Positions 39,769-53,579 are shown, counted from the stretch's first letter. The stretch is 64,000 nucleotides of DNA from Eledone cirrhosa (GCA_964016885.1 OZ024742.1:45198001-45262000); one strand, 5' to 3'. Made by a program: numbers and translations. The notes: generated from the sequence alone by a model not told the origin.

Positions 39769-40020
39769 ATACATGGAACTCCTTTAACCATCTTTTGATC
39801 TTATATATTATATATATATACAAGTATACTACTTACACACACATTTATATATATATATATATACTATAAGAATAAAGGAACAAGGATTAAGTGTTGCATC
39901 ATAACATATCTAATAATATATTACATGTTTCACTATCGATCAGCTCGAGGAAAGACCTATTATTGATCAAACCTGACTCTGTAATCGAAAGATCTCGTCT
40001 CCGATTCTATATAAATATAG

Positions 40021-40235
40021 GGAAGGCATGTGGCTAAGTGGTTAGAGAATTGGATTCGCAATTGTGAGGTTGTGAGTTTGATTCCTGGATAAGGCAATGC
40101 ATTATGTCCTTGAGCAAGACATTTTATTTCACGCTGCTCTTTCTACCTGGAGTTGCGACTGGTAGATAGTATTAGCAATTGGTAAGACCAACAGAAACAT
40201 TGTTTCCTCAGTCCGATTTGAGGAAAGTCGATCAA
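40021..40235 (+). mobile_element. tRNA-derived SINE variant (reverse copy at 18845-19038)
   Basis: GTGGCTAAGTGG A box, TCCTTGAGCAAGAC core, distinct 3' body shared with the 18.9-kb copy. Confidence 0.8.
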
Positions 40236-40477
40236 CTGTCGATATATATAATGTGTATATATAATAGGTATATATAATGTATACATATTTTATCCACAAT
40301 GGTTTTCTCAGCCTGTCACACATGACTACCAAAAGACTGACCTTTGGTCTCAGCGCCAAAGACCTAGGGAGTTTGTGGTGCCAGAGTGTCGGAAAAGGCC
40401 ATCTGTTTAATGTTCCTGGTAAACTTAATTCTTATATAGGATTTTCTTATATAGGTGTAAGTAGATAGTTAGTTCAT

Positions 40478-40608
40478 TGTTTTACGATCGTTTCAGAGTG
40501 TAGTTTGATCGATGGTGATCGATGTATCGACTAGCATGGTAGTGGTTAAGTTACTACCTATTTCTAGTCTTGAAATCGCTGTTCAATCGGCCGTCTTCTT
40601 CAGAAACA
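40478..40608 (-). ncRNA. Type I hammerhead motif with ~100-nt expanded stem II
   Basis: TGTTT CTGAAGA AGA...(GACTAG..GGTAGT/ACTACC..CTAGTC hairpin)...TCT GAA ACGATCGT A AAACA. Confidence 0.65.
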
Positions 40609-40664
40609 CTCATATATATATATATATATATGAAAATTAATGATAACGATTTGAGGATGCAGCG

Positions 40665-40730
<66 letters not shown>

Positions 40731-40831
40731 GTGTGTGAGTGTGTGTGTGTGTGTGTGTGTGCGTGCGTGTATGTGTGTATTGTTGGTTTCCTTCGAATGA
40801 AACAGTTCTAGTCCTGTATATATATATATAT

Positions 40832-41285
40832 ATCATCATCATCATCATCATCATTTTACGTCCGCTTTTCCCTGCTTGCAAGGGTGGGACGGGTCTTATT
40901 CAGCACAGCATCTCTCCACTCGTCACGGTCCCTCCTCATCTCCACCGTGAGCTTCAATGATCTGAGGTCTGTTCTCACCACCTCCGCCCATGTTTTTCAT
41001 GGTCTACCTCTACCACGTCTTCCTTCAACTGGCATTTCCTGGCACTTCTTCACCCATCGGTCATCCTCCATGCGCATCACATGTCCATACCACCTTAGTC
41101 TCCTCTCCCGTACACTACATTCTATCCCTCTCAGACACAGTTTCTCTCTCAACACATTTATGCTGGGTCGTTCACGCACATTTACACTGCACATCCAACG
41201 GAGCATGCTTGCCTCATTTCTCTCCAGCCGTCGCATATCCTCTGCGGTTGCTGCCCATGTCTCACTACCATGCAGCATCGCGCTC
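40832..41285 (-). mobile_element. RTE family C 3' fragment
   Basis: [17 protein letters not shown]...; near-identical to 30168-30620. Confidence 0.93.
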
Positions 41286-41961
41286 TATATATATAACTTT
41301 ACACTACACAACAAAAATTACCTTATATAAAATAAATTATAGGTTTGTTTTTGTTTTTTTTATTAAATGGACATTACAAAAAGAATCATTGTTATCTCGT
41401 TAGTTTTTGGTACTGACCAGTCTCAGATACCGTAAGTGTATCAAAGTATAATTTTCAAGGTTACATGCATACTGGTGTTGTGTCATGATGTTTCAAAATC
41501 TTCTGTCGACACCGATGAAAGACCATATATCTTTTTATTAGATATATGGGAAATTTACAGCAATAATTTAATGATATACAGTTAAGAAATAAAATATAAA
41601 GTGACAATTCACTATCAAAGATTTTTCTTCTTTTTCTTTCTCACCTATTTTCTTTTCATATAACGAGTAGCAATAAAAATATATTTGCAAACTAGCTCAT
41701 TGAAAACCTTTTTAGATTTTAATGACCATCAATGTCAGTTTATTTATATCTAAAATTCATCATATTTTTTGTTATTAGAGATAATAAACAAAATATTAAA
41801 AGAGTGTCTGCATTGCTATATAGTTAAGGAATTTGATTTGAAACCACTCGGTTCCAAGTTTGATCTAGCCACATGATCTCCTGTGTGCCTTGTCTTTTAT
41901 CATAACCTCAGGTTAACCAATACCATGTGAGTGAACTTCAGTAGACTAAACCTATATACAT

Positions 41962-42007
<46 letters not shown>

Positions 42008-42008
42008 G

Positions 42009-44047
42009 CAGTGGCGTAGCTAGGGTAAACGGCACCCAGGGCAAGCATCAAAATTGGGCGAGGTCAGTCAGCCATTGTTGGCCCATTGAGGTTCGCAAAT
42101 ACGAATGTATTAGCTTCAGCTTGCTGAACGACCTCTCGTAACTGGCAATTGAAATAGAAATCGTCAACATTATTTGAATGCTGATTCGCAAATTGGGAAA
42201 AACACATTCATCGCCGTATTGTATGATGAATTGGAGAAGTGCCTCCGGCTTTAAAATTGGGTCAGCTGTCCTAGTAGCCAGCAAAAATCGGGAGTCCAAG
42301 ATTTCCTCATACAATTTCTCTCCGTCGATGTCGGAGTTGTATAGTTCTGCAAGACTGTTGCACCTTTGTTTAAGGACAAGGTTATCAGGAGCAGCCAAAT
42401 AAAACAGATAGTTGACATCAAGAAGAAAGCCAAAACTTGAGTCAACCGTTCTTCCATTTCTGTTTGAAGACGATTGAGTGAACTTTGCATTGCTCTCTAT
42501 ATCATTTTTCTGGCAGCTACCTCGATGTCCTCAGTAAATTCGGTATTGGTTTGTCGTCTTCCTCGCCTCCTCGGAAAATCGACATTCCATTTCTGGCAGA
42601 GGTCGAAGCCCATTTCAAGAGACTCGTGGATTAAAGATGTTTCTTCTTCTTTAAAATAAAGTTGAAGGGCTCCTATATCAGCTGCAGCATCGTGAAAATT
42701 CATTCTTGGATCTTGAAGTCTCTTTTGAACCCGGTCAATTCGTGAGAGAATAGTGTTCCAGAATCCAATCAAGTTCAGGAATTCATAACTCAGTATCCGA
42801 TTATGGAGATTACTGGCATCACTTCTACTCTCGCATGTCTCTGTTTCATCATCACTAATTTTTTTGAGAACTTGAACAATCAACGTCAAATAATTCGCCA
42901 CCGGTCTGACTGCGGTACATCTAGCACTCCACTGCGTGTTGGAAGGATATTTAACAACCACTGGAGCAACTTCTTTAAGGGCTTCCCATTGTCGTGTTGA
43001 ATGAGAAAAAAAGTTGTATAACGAGTCAATGCAACTGAAAAAGTTCATCATAGCAGAATCATTTTTGGCTGCATGAAGACCAGCCAGATTAAGTGAATGG
43101 TTATCGCAATTAACGAAGTGAATCAAATTCTTCTTCTCTCTCATTCTCTGCTGAACCCCACAGCAATGCCCAGCCATTATGACAGCAGTCGTAGCACTGC
43201 GATCGACAGTTCTGCAGTGGTAGGTCATCTTTTTCTAGCCCTTTCACGATTGTTTCAACAAGGCTTGCGGCATCTTTTTTGACTACTTGAATGAATCCAA
43301 GAAAAGTTCCCTCAGAACGACTGTCTTCATATTGAAATCAACATCGACATATCGCACAACTTTTGACACTTGTTCTCGGTGCGCCTGGTCAGGGGTCGAA
43401 TCAATCAGCAGACCATAGTATCTTGCTTTTTGGATACGATTTAGTAAATTCTGACGAACTGTATTATAGAAGAAAACATTGAACCATCTAAACTGGAGTC
43501 AAATTGAATTCCTAATAGAAGCTATCCAATCCTATCTGGCCATTTGGATTATGATACCTTTTCTATACGTCTTATGTACCAGTTGTAAAAGACAAACTAC
43601 TCTGTTTTGTAAGCCAGCTTCATAATTATAATTATCTTGTATTGGTCATTGCAATGCATTGCTAAAAATAGCGCCTGCGTGTCCACCAGTTGCACGTCCA
43701 AAAGTACGTCCCTTCAGTCAGTGAGTGTGTGTGGGTGGGTGGAGGGGGGGGGGGGGGGGGGATTGTGAGGTCAAGTGAGGTATCCGCTGTTTTGCAATGT
43801 ATAGCTAGCTAAACATAGCACCCGTATAATTGCAACCCACCCTGCTGTCAGTGTGTTTGTGTGTGTGGGGGGGGGGGGTGAAGTCAAATCAGACATCTGC
43901 TCTGTCTAGTGCACTAGACATGGCGTAGAAGTCGGCTATCAAGAAATCACATGCTTCATTTTTGGCTTATATTTAAAAAAATGATAAAAACGACATGGAT
44001 GTAAATCGAGCATGTGCCCTGCTTGCCACACCCTAGCTACGCCACTG
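42009..44047 (-). mobile_element. Internally deleted hAT transposon (Tip100/ZMYM1-like transposase remnants)
   Basis: Perfect 18-bp TIR CAGTGGCGTAGCTAGGGT; TSD TATATATG/TATATATA; YYGLLIDSTPD..HREQ, VNCDNHSLNL, TQWSAR, ASYERSFSKLKLI. Confidence 0.92.
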
Positions 44048-44191
44048 TATATATAAATGGGGGATTCGAGATCCCAACAGCTGAGCTCCTGCCATTTCCA
44101 TAGCTCCAGAATTCTTCATATTACCAACTCTGTCGAGTACTTTGGTGAGTAATGGTCTAACTGGTTTTTACTGCATCCATCCTGATTTATA

Positions 44192-44250
<59 letters not shown>

Positions 44251-44929
44251 ATATATGGCAATGCGGCTGGACTGCCGATCGCTATATTTTATTTGTAAAG
44301 CTGTCTAAACGTATTGTTATTACTCTGGGGTACTATTCCCTACCGAGTGCTAAAGCTACATACCGAATTTGCATTCATTAGCTTGGCTGCAACCTAAAGC
44401 TTTGTAAATGTTGTACTAAAATTTGTATATATATATATAAATTAAGTTGTTAGGAAAATCAAGTTCTATATATAAAACTGATTTTTTATATAAGAAAATC
44501 ATTTTGACATCTCACCAATTTTTTAGGGAATGTATGGTAGTGATGAATGTCTTTGTGATGGTATTATTTAATTATTCTTGTTATACCACCTTGGATTTGC
44601 TTCAAGTAATTTTTGTAAACCATTTACATTGTTTAATTACCACGATAACAATGGGTGATGAAAATCACATTCAATTCATGTGTAAAATTCTCTACAGTTG
44701 TTTCTGTACATCGTTTTGTTTCTTGGTTGAATTTACGCAATTCATATGATTTTGTATGTCCGTGCTGTGTAACTTTTATCACCTAAATGATTATTTAAGC
44801 ACTTAATCATAAGGTTAGACATATAAAAATTACAGAACATGGCTAGAGCATCCATTATATACCAACACTCAAGAAAAAAAAAAATTAAAGAATATAGATT
44901 GATTGGATAAAGAATACAATAAATATACA

Positions 44930-45610
44930 TTATAAAATTACTGTGGTCAACTCATTGAGTTTCTTAAAGACATTACCCAAATCAGTGATGGCGGCTCGTG
45001 GGTGGATATTATTTATCTTGACTTTGCTAAAGATTTTAATTCTGTGTCACACAAAAGACTTATGGCAAAACTCTCTGCAATGGGTGTGAGAGATGATCTT
45101 TATAACTGGTTGAAGTCCTTCATGAGGTAGTCACGGTTCTAGGACAGCATTCTTAACCCTATGAAATGACATCTGGTGTAACACAGGGATCTGTTCTTGG
45201 TCCCCTTTTGTTTGTTGCATATATTAATGACAAACGTGCCAACTTGAAAAATGTCACAATGCTGAAATATCAGATGATATGAATCTATATCTTGAGATAA
45301 AAAGGACAGATCCTGTATGCTATAGATGTTTGCTCAAATCAGACCTGGACACAATGTAGCAATGGATTATGGATTGGCAACTCAAGCAGGCTATGTACAA
45401 TTGTGCAACCATGCATTTTGGGAGGAAAAACCCAGCTTTCACATGCTCACTCCACAACACCAATCTCAGGAAGTCTTCTTGTGAATGTGACTTGGGCATT
45501 ATCGTCAACAGCGATCTGCATTGGACAAAGCACATCTCTAAAATTGTCAAGAAGGCTGAGGGTGTCTTAGCATCACTCAGTAAGACTTTTGTCAGCCGCT
45601 CTCCAGCTAT
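44930..45610 (+). mobile_element. Degenerate CR1-type LINE RT fragment
   Basis: VDIIYLDFAKDFNSVSHKRL, SGVTQGSVLGPLLFVAYIND, ECDLGIIVNSDLHWTKHI. Confidence 0.85.
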
Positions 45611-45611
45611 T

Positions 45612-45946
45612 TCATCATCATCATTTTACGTCCGCTTTTCCCTGCTTGCAAGGGTGGGACAGGAACTGATTCCGGCTTGATTTCTACAGCTGGATGCCCT
45701 TCCTAACACCAATCTCATTTACAGTGAGTGCTGGGTGCTTTTTTGCCGTGGCACCTCCACGACCACTTTGCAGTGGAATGATAGGGACCCCAGTCCCTAT
45801 CATCTCATTTCTACAGCTGAGTATACTGGAGCAATGGGAAATAAAGTATCTTGCTCAAGGAAACAACACATCACCTGGTCTGAGAATTGAACTCACAACC
45901 TTTCGATTGCAAGGTCAATGCTCTAACCACTAAGCCATGCGCCTCC
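45612..45946 (-). mobile_element. SINE family 1, full length
   Basis: Complete tRNA head, core and RTE-type tail. Confidence 0.92.
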
Positions 45947-46362
45947 ATTTATTTAAATTTTTTTTTTTAATTACTTAAAATTAAAAGATTATAACTTATG
46001 TGAAAATAGTATCTAAATTCAGGGACGGTAGATGCATTTCCGAATTTCTTTTTTGGGAGGGGGGGTGCAAATTTAGTCAATTTAGTTGTAGTTATTATCA
46101 AATATCAGTTTAGCTGTTATTATCAAATATCAACCACGATTTTTTTTAAACTTCGATGTGCGATAAACAAAACATACATAAATTGTAGCACGTACAAATA
46201 TATGGTTTGGTAGTTTGGGGAGAAAAATATAATTATAATGGGAGGGGGGTATGTCCCCCACCCCTTCCGTTTTCATCGCCCTTGAAATTGATATAGTAAG
46301 TGAACTGAGCGAATAACTAGCTAACTAGCTGGGTAGATAGATAGATAGATAGATAGATAGAT

Positions 46363-47272
46363 TTCTTTATTTGCCACAAGGGCGCACAAGAAAAGGTGAC
46401 AATACAAAGACATGCCGAGGATTTTACATACAGTCGTATAAAAATATAAAAACAATTACAACAATCGAAATCCCCAATAGGGGGGAGGCGCCACAAATGG
46501 GTTGTTTAATACCCCGTCAATAGAACAACCCTCAACTCCAGGAGCATGTTGTGCAAGTGCTCCTTTCTTCCTTTTGGTCTCCTCTTCAACCTACAGGCTT
46601 ATAAACAGAGAAGGCCCAATCACTCGGGCCATTTTCGCTTCATTCACCCACCTTTGAGTAAATTTACTGGGGTGCAGTGCCTCTCTCTCCACTCTGATTC
46701 TCCTTCTAAAGTGATACTTACACAAGGGAATCAATTGTTGTCCGGAGAGAAAGGCATCTGTCCTCAGTCCTCTCAATCTCGTCCACCATATAACCTCTTT
46801 CACCATAGCCACCATACAGAGGAAAACCGACTCTCTTTCGTTTTTGAAAGAGGCTGGCGGTTTGATCCTTACTATGGACTCGGCAATCAACTTGATTTAT
46901 CCCATACGTGACAGCAGTTGTTCTGCATAGTTCCACAAGTCAGTTACGGCTGAGCAGTGTACAATTGCGTGTAGGACTGTTTCAATGTCCTGCGCGCATC
47001 TTGGACACGTCCTCTTGGAAGGATCCCTGCCAGGGCATCCGTGTCTGTAGATCTTGTCACGAACCGGTAGAGCTCCTTGGTAGCACTGCCAGGCCAGGGA
47101 CCTCTGGAAGTTGTCCATAGGTCCCGGGCGGAAAGTCCTACCAAACAGACTGGTGAGCTCATCGTCTTCGACGCCCAGAGTCTCTCCGAGCACGTTGTCG
47201 CCCTTGTAACGTACAATCCCTCTATAGAATGTCGAAGTGGAGTCTCCACTGGTTGATGCGCCCGCTTGCCAG
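46363..47272 (-). mobile_element. Tx1/L1-clade LINE 3' fragment inside a (GATA)n tract
   Basis: AWQCYQGALPVRDKIYRHG..CPRC..ETVLHAIVHC (zf-RVT); AATAAAG end; GATA repeats on both sides. Confidence 0.88.
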
Positions 47273-48313
47273 AGAGATAGATAGATATGTTTCTAGATAG
47301 ATAGATAGATAGATAGACAGACAAGCATTTATAAAAATAGTTTGATTTTTATTAATTGTTTGCAATTTTTGTCTTTGCTTTATACTCAGAAGTCCTTCAA
47401 ACTCAAGCGAAAAAGACTAGTTTGCTGGTCATTGTCATCGAGCCGACAAAAAAAATCATTTCATCCCTCCTTCTGTGGCAACCCTCTGGATGTGTCTATA
47501 CACGAAAACTGACTTTCCAGACACCATAGCTCGGGACTCAGGGTTGGACATAAGGGATCTGGAGACAGCAATGCAGGACCGAACAGTGTGGAAAGGGATT
47601 GTCAAAAGAGTTCCGACTGCCCACAGAGGTGTCGAAGGATGATGATGATGATGATAACTCATACACTGTTCATGTTCTTGACATTTGTACAAAAGTTACC
47701 CTGGGCGGTTTTTGAACTCAGATCATAAAGTTCAACTTTGCCTTTTATCCTTACGGGGTCGATAAAATAAAGTACCAGTAATACACTGGTGTAATTGCTA
47801 GCCTTGTGCCAAAAGTAGAAACAATTATTCTATGTACTATACATGCACCTTTAATGAGTTGTAGTGCACCTGAGCTTTGTACACAATAATTTTCATTATC
47901 ATATTATCATTATTAACATTGCTTGCACAGTTTTCATTTGCATATATTTTTTTAGTGAACATATTTAATACTCCGAGCTTCTTGTCAACAATTACTGACA
48001 AACTATAGAAAATATGTTTATTTTGGTTTGTTTTCACTAACTCCTCTTATACTACTCATTTAAACATATATGGCAATGACTTACTTTCCTGTCTTTCAAT
48101 GATTTATTTATGGTTTATTTGTGAGATAGGTTACACAATTTCAAACAATTGGGTCAGGCGGTAACCCAGTATCCACTCCAAGTTAAAAACTATATCAATT
48201 TATTCTTTCGCCATGAATATAGTTTATCTAATTGAAAAAAGAGTAAACAACAACATATTTAATGAAATGCGATACAAGAAAAAGTAAATATTTGATATAT
48301 ATACATATGTATG

Positions 48314-48346
<33 letters not shown>

Positions 48347-49448
48347 GTACATATATGTATGTATGTATGTATGTATTATGTTATGTCAGGTCACCAGTTG
48401 GTGCTACTGGTAACATGTATCCCAGTACAACCTGTCCCATGGTCGGGTCGTTGGCGACTAAACTGGCAACCCCACCAAGGTTTCTTGGTGAGGAAGGTGA
48501 CTTTGGACATCCTGCAGGACTAAAAACAAAACCTGTCAAAGGGCATAGGAGTTCTTAAGAGTCAATGGCCATCCAAAATCACCTGGAGAGATGACCCCTT
48601 AGCCTTTGTCAAGGCAGAATTCTAGGAGAAGGAAAACTCTGATATAACACCTGCAACCCTGATGGTATCCAATGATGTTGACTTGTTATTCTTTTTGGTA
48701 AATATCATCTTGGTTAAGAGAGTGGGACTGGCTTTGTGCAGTGCCTTTGCTCACTATAAAAGCTTCACAGCACAGGCATTGCTTTATATCTGGAGATCTC
48801 TCTGCACTTGTCGTCACATGGTACCATGGGCCCAGCATTATGTGTCAGTAATTGTCACAAGTGTAGTGTTTGTACCAGAGTTTTCAAGTCGCTGGCTGGA
48901 CTAAAAAGTCACACTTGTTCAGTGCATCGGTAGGGGTTCTCCTACATGGATATAAAGTAGTGGCCGTACTCGAAAACGAGTTGGCACCCACCATGTATGT
49001 ATGTATATATATATATATATATATATAAAGTTTAAATGTTCTTTGTTTTACAACCATGTAAAACAAAGAACATTTTAAAGCTCAATGCGATAGGTAAAAG
49101 ACAGTTTCATATATATATATATATATATATATAATATTTTTGTCAATGTCGTTGTTTTTTTTAGGAGGGATCTGTTTACTTTTTAGCGAGAATACCTTGA
49201 AAACGATCGTGAAGAAAAGAAGATACTATTGTGTCAAAATAGAAACTAGAGGTATGTACGACAAAAGCTGGTTGCAGCCAAAACAGATTAGAAAAGAGAG
49301 CTGAAAAGAAATTGCTAAAACAATATAACCTTTGTTTGTTTCTCTAATGTAGGTACATGAACAGAGAAACATAGCACATCGGATAGTATCAAACAATGAC
49401 TACTGAGATTATGAAACCTTGTAAATGCCAACATATGTGTCTCTACAT

Positions 49449-49502
<54 letters not shown>

Positions 49503-49607
49503 CCAAACTCTAAAGAGGACTCGATAAGGGTTGTATAAACACACACACACACACACATATATATATGTATATATATGTGTATGTATATATATATATATGT
49601 ATTTTTC

Positions 49608-50220
49608 TCATTTTACGTCCGCTTTTTCCCTGCTTGCAAGGGTGGGACGGGAACTGATTCTGGCTTGATTTCTACAGCTGGATGCCCTTCCTAACACCAA
49701 CCTCATTTACAGTGAGTGCTGGGTGCTTTTTTGCCGTGGCACCTCCACGACCACTTTGCAGTGGAATGATAGAGACCCCAGTCCTATCATCTCATTTCTG
49801 CAGCTGAGTAAACTGGAGCAATGTGAAATAAAGTGTCTTGCTCAAGGAAACAACAAATCATATATATATATATATATGTATATATATATGTATATATATA
49901 TATGTATATATATATATTTTCCTTGAGTAAGACACTTTATTTCACATTGCTCCAGTTTACTCAGCTGCAGAAATGAGATGATAGGACTGGGGTCCCTATC
50001 ATTCCACTGCAAAGTGGTCGTGGAGGTGCCACGGCAAAAAAAGTACCCAGCCCACACTGTAAAGTGGACATGTAGGTGCCACGGAAAAAAAGCACCCAGC
50101 ACTCACTGTAAATGAGGTTGGTGTTAGGAAGGGCATCCATCTGTAGAAATCAAGCCAGAATCAGTTCCCGTCTCACCCTTGCAAGCAAGGAAAAGCGGAC
50201 GTAAAATGATGATGATGATG
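49608..50220. mobile_element. Inverted pair of head-truncated SINE family 1 copies separated by (TA)n
   Basis: Minus copy 49608-49856, plus copy 49918-50220; both break near TCCTTGAG. Confidence 0.9.
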
Positions 50221-50252
50221 ATATATAAATTACGTAATTATAAACGCGTAGA

Positions 50253-53200
50253 TCATCATCATCATCATCAACGTTTAACGTCCGTGTTCCACGCTTGCAT
50301 GGGTTTGGATGGGGGTATTCCCACTTGAGGCAAGAGTGATTGTCTTGCTCACATAGGACTGTCTGGCAGGTTTTCTACAGTTGGATGCCCTTCCTAACAC
50401 CAACCACATTTACAGTGTGGGTCTGGGAGGTTTTTACCGTGTTGCCTACACGGCCACATTACAGCGTGGACTGTGTGTTTTTTTTTGTCGTGACACCTAC
50501 ACGATCTCATTTGTTTCGGCCTGGATGGCGTGGCACCAACATAACTTTACATAGAAGGGGCGGTGTGGATGGGGTGGGGGTGGTGGGACGGGGTGTATTT
50601 TGTTAGAGATGCCTACTGGCTGTAGTAGGTTTTACTATGTATTTAGGTAAGGCGAGTCTTCTCTGTTACTGAGTACCGCTAAAGGTCTCGGTCCAGTGAC
50701 ATTGTCTTGGAGAGGTGTAAGTGTGTGAGGTCGGAGTTTATCAGCTCGTCCCAGGTTTTTCTAGGTCTGCCTATTCCGTGGCTACTGTCTATCTTTATTG
50801 CCCTGCACTTTGTTATACAGCTATCGACTTTCATGCGCATCACGTGTCCATACCAACGTAGCCTTCTCTCGAGTAAACAACATCTGATCCCTCTTATTTC
50901 TAATTTTTTCCTTAGTTCGTTTATGCTTTGCCGTTCACGTATATTACTGTTACACATCCAGCGGAGCATGCAAGCTTCATTCCTCTCTAGTCTGCGTATA
51001 TCCTCTGCACACAATGCCCAGGTCTCACTGCCATGCAACATTGCTGTTCGTATGCAGGCATCATACAACCTGCCTTTCATTTTTAGGGAGAACCCTTTAG
51101 CAGCTAATAGTGGTATAAGCTCTCTGAACTTTTTCCATCCAGTTCTGACTCTAGCTACTGTACTTTCAGAGCACCCTCCTCCACTGCTGATTTTGTCACC
51201 CAGGTAACGGAAGCTGTCCACTATTTCTATAGAGCCCTCTGCGCAGTTGTAAGAGCTAGTATTTTGTGGGCACTTGCTGCTACTTATTGCACCAGAGCAC
51301 CGGCCACATGTAAAATCTATGTTCTTAGTTAGCTTACCTGTGATCCCACTACATCTTTTATGCACCCATACTTTGCATTTGGGACATAAGATGGAGTTTC
51401 TACCTACTCCTTTCCTACACACGGATTGAACCGGTACCCTATTTTCCTTCCTACAAACTAGAACTTTAGTCTTAGACAGGTTAATTTTAAGGCCTTTTGA
51501 TTCTAGGCAATGCTTCCATGTTTGGAATTTCTTCTCTAGTTCCGCCATTGATTCAGCTATGAGCGTTAGATCATCTGCGTATAGGAGTTCCTATGGGCAG
51601 CCGGTCTTGAACTCCACTGTTATAGCCTGAAGGGCAATAATAAATAGTAGGGGGCTAAGAACAGAGCCCTGATGGACGCCAACTTTTACGCTAAACTCTT
51701 CACTATATTCGTTGTTAATTCTAACCTTGCTGACTGTTTCTTTATACATGGCTTGTATAGCTCTCACAAGCCATTCATCAACACCTAGTTTTCTAAGAGC
51801 CCACCAGATAATGGAACGGGGGACTCTGTCAAAGGTTTTCTCCAAGTCGACAAAAGCTAAGTATAGGGTTTACTTTTAGCTAGGTACTTCTCCTGTAGTT
51901 GTCGTACAATGAAAAGAGCGCCTGTGGTACTTTTACCTGGCACAAACCCGAACTGCATTTCATCTAGATCAATTCGCTCTCTGATTAGTTGCGCTATTAC
52001 TTTTTCTGTGACCTTCATGACCTGGTCGATTAATTTAATGCCTCTATAGTTACCCCTATCTAGGGCATCTCCTTTACCCTTGTAGCAGTCAATGATGATG
52101 CTGCTACGCCAGTCCTTCGGAACAACCCCATTCTGTATGACTTGGTTTACTATCCGGGTGACCATGGTGTGTCCCACCGTTCCAGAAGTTTTCAGCATTT
52201 CAGCAACTATTTCCGAAGGCCCAGCCACCTTACCCGTCTTCATATCTTTGATTGCCTTACTTATTATACTACCTTCGACTAACACTGCTGGTCCCTTTAT
52301 TGGATCGATGTGGGGGAGACTGTCTTTTTCCCATTATTCTCCTCATTTAGTAGCCTTTCGTAGTGACACTTCCAAGCTACCTTCTTATCAGCGTCAGTGA
52401 TGGCAAGTACATCATTAAGGACACACTTCTCCCCGACAATATCACGGTTTTCCTTGACACATTGCGTAGCAATCCTGAACACCTCACGTTTTTGGTCCTC
52501 GCGTTGTAGAACATGCTTGAACTTTCTTTCCTCTGCTTCCCTTCTTGCGAAGTACACTTGTCTCCTAGCTTCCCCCCTGGCCACTTGATAGTCTTCTCTA
52601 CTTCCCCCATCCCGCCATACTTTCCAAGCCTGCTTTTTGGCCTTAATTGACTCCTCCACCTTACTGTTCCACGTTACTCTCCTCCTGCCTATAGGCCTGC
52701 TCCAGCCACAGACTTCGTCTGACGCCATCAGCAGGTTTGCTTTCAGGAATTCCCACTGTTCCTCTATATTGTACGACTCTAATTGCTCTTCCTTACTGTC
52801 GAAAGCATCAAGTAATATGCTTTTAAATTTATTACTGGCTGTGGGGTCCTTTAGCTTCCATATTTTTCTCCTGAGGATAGTCCTCTATTGTTGTCGAGTA
52901 CGTCTCATCCTGACTATGAGGTCGCTAATTATCAGTCTATGTTGGGAGGTGCATTCTTCATGGGAGAGGGATTTAGTGTTTACAACAGACACTCTGTCAC
53001 GGTAAGGATATAATCTACCTGGCTGGTATGTTCCCCTGATCTGTAGGTGATCAAGTGATTGTCTCGTTTTTTTAAGTTAGTTTTACAGATAGTTAGGTTA
53101 TTTGAGTCACAGAATTCCAGGATTCTGGAGCCTTCCTCATTTCTAGTACCAAACCCATAGCCTCCATGGATTCCGTCATAGCCGTCACAATGTTGTCCAA

Positions 53201-53317
53201 CGTGACCATTTAGGTCGCCAGCAATAATTATATAGTCACTGTCGGTTATTTGGGAGGTAGTGAGAATCAGCGTCTCATAGAATCTGTCTTTTATAGCGCC
53301 AGGCAGTCCGGATTGGG

Positions 53318-53320
<3 letters not shown>
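50253..53320 (-). mobile_element. RTE family B, long 5'-truncated degenerate copy (APE-RT-PHD)
   Basis: ORF pieces 53393-50679 collinear with the intact RTE protein; several frameshifts. Confidence 0.95.
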
Positions 53321-53374
<54 letters not shown>

Positions 53375-53455
53375 TACACATATACAAACACATCTACACA
53401 TATAAACACATAATAAATACATAAATACACATACACAAATATAAAAAAGTTTTAA

Positions 53456-53565
53456 TATAGATGAGATTCTACAGGACTAGAACTGTTTCATTCTTTAGAA
53501 ATCATTAGGATTCGTGATGATTTCTAAAGAATGAAACAGTTCTAGTCGTGTAGAATCTCATCTAT
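53456..53565. ncRNA. Fold-back of two mutated hammerheads of the 26341 family
   Basis: Minus copy core CTAATGA, plus copy core GTGATGA; otherwise closely match 26341-26391. Confidence 0.75.
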
Positions 53566-53579
53566 ATATATATATACAT

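Noticed and set aside
39920-40010. Minus-strand GAAACATGTA hammerhead 3' half
   Set aside because: The CTGANGA half is missing, so it is at most a truncated relic
45870-45946. tRNA gene
   Set aside because: tRNA-like head is fused to SINE core and tail and lacks a proper acceptor-stem 3' end
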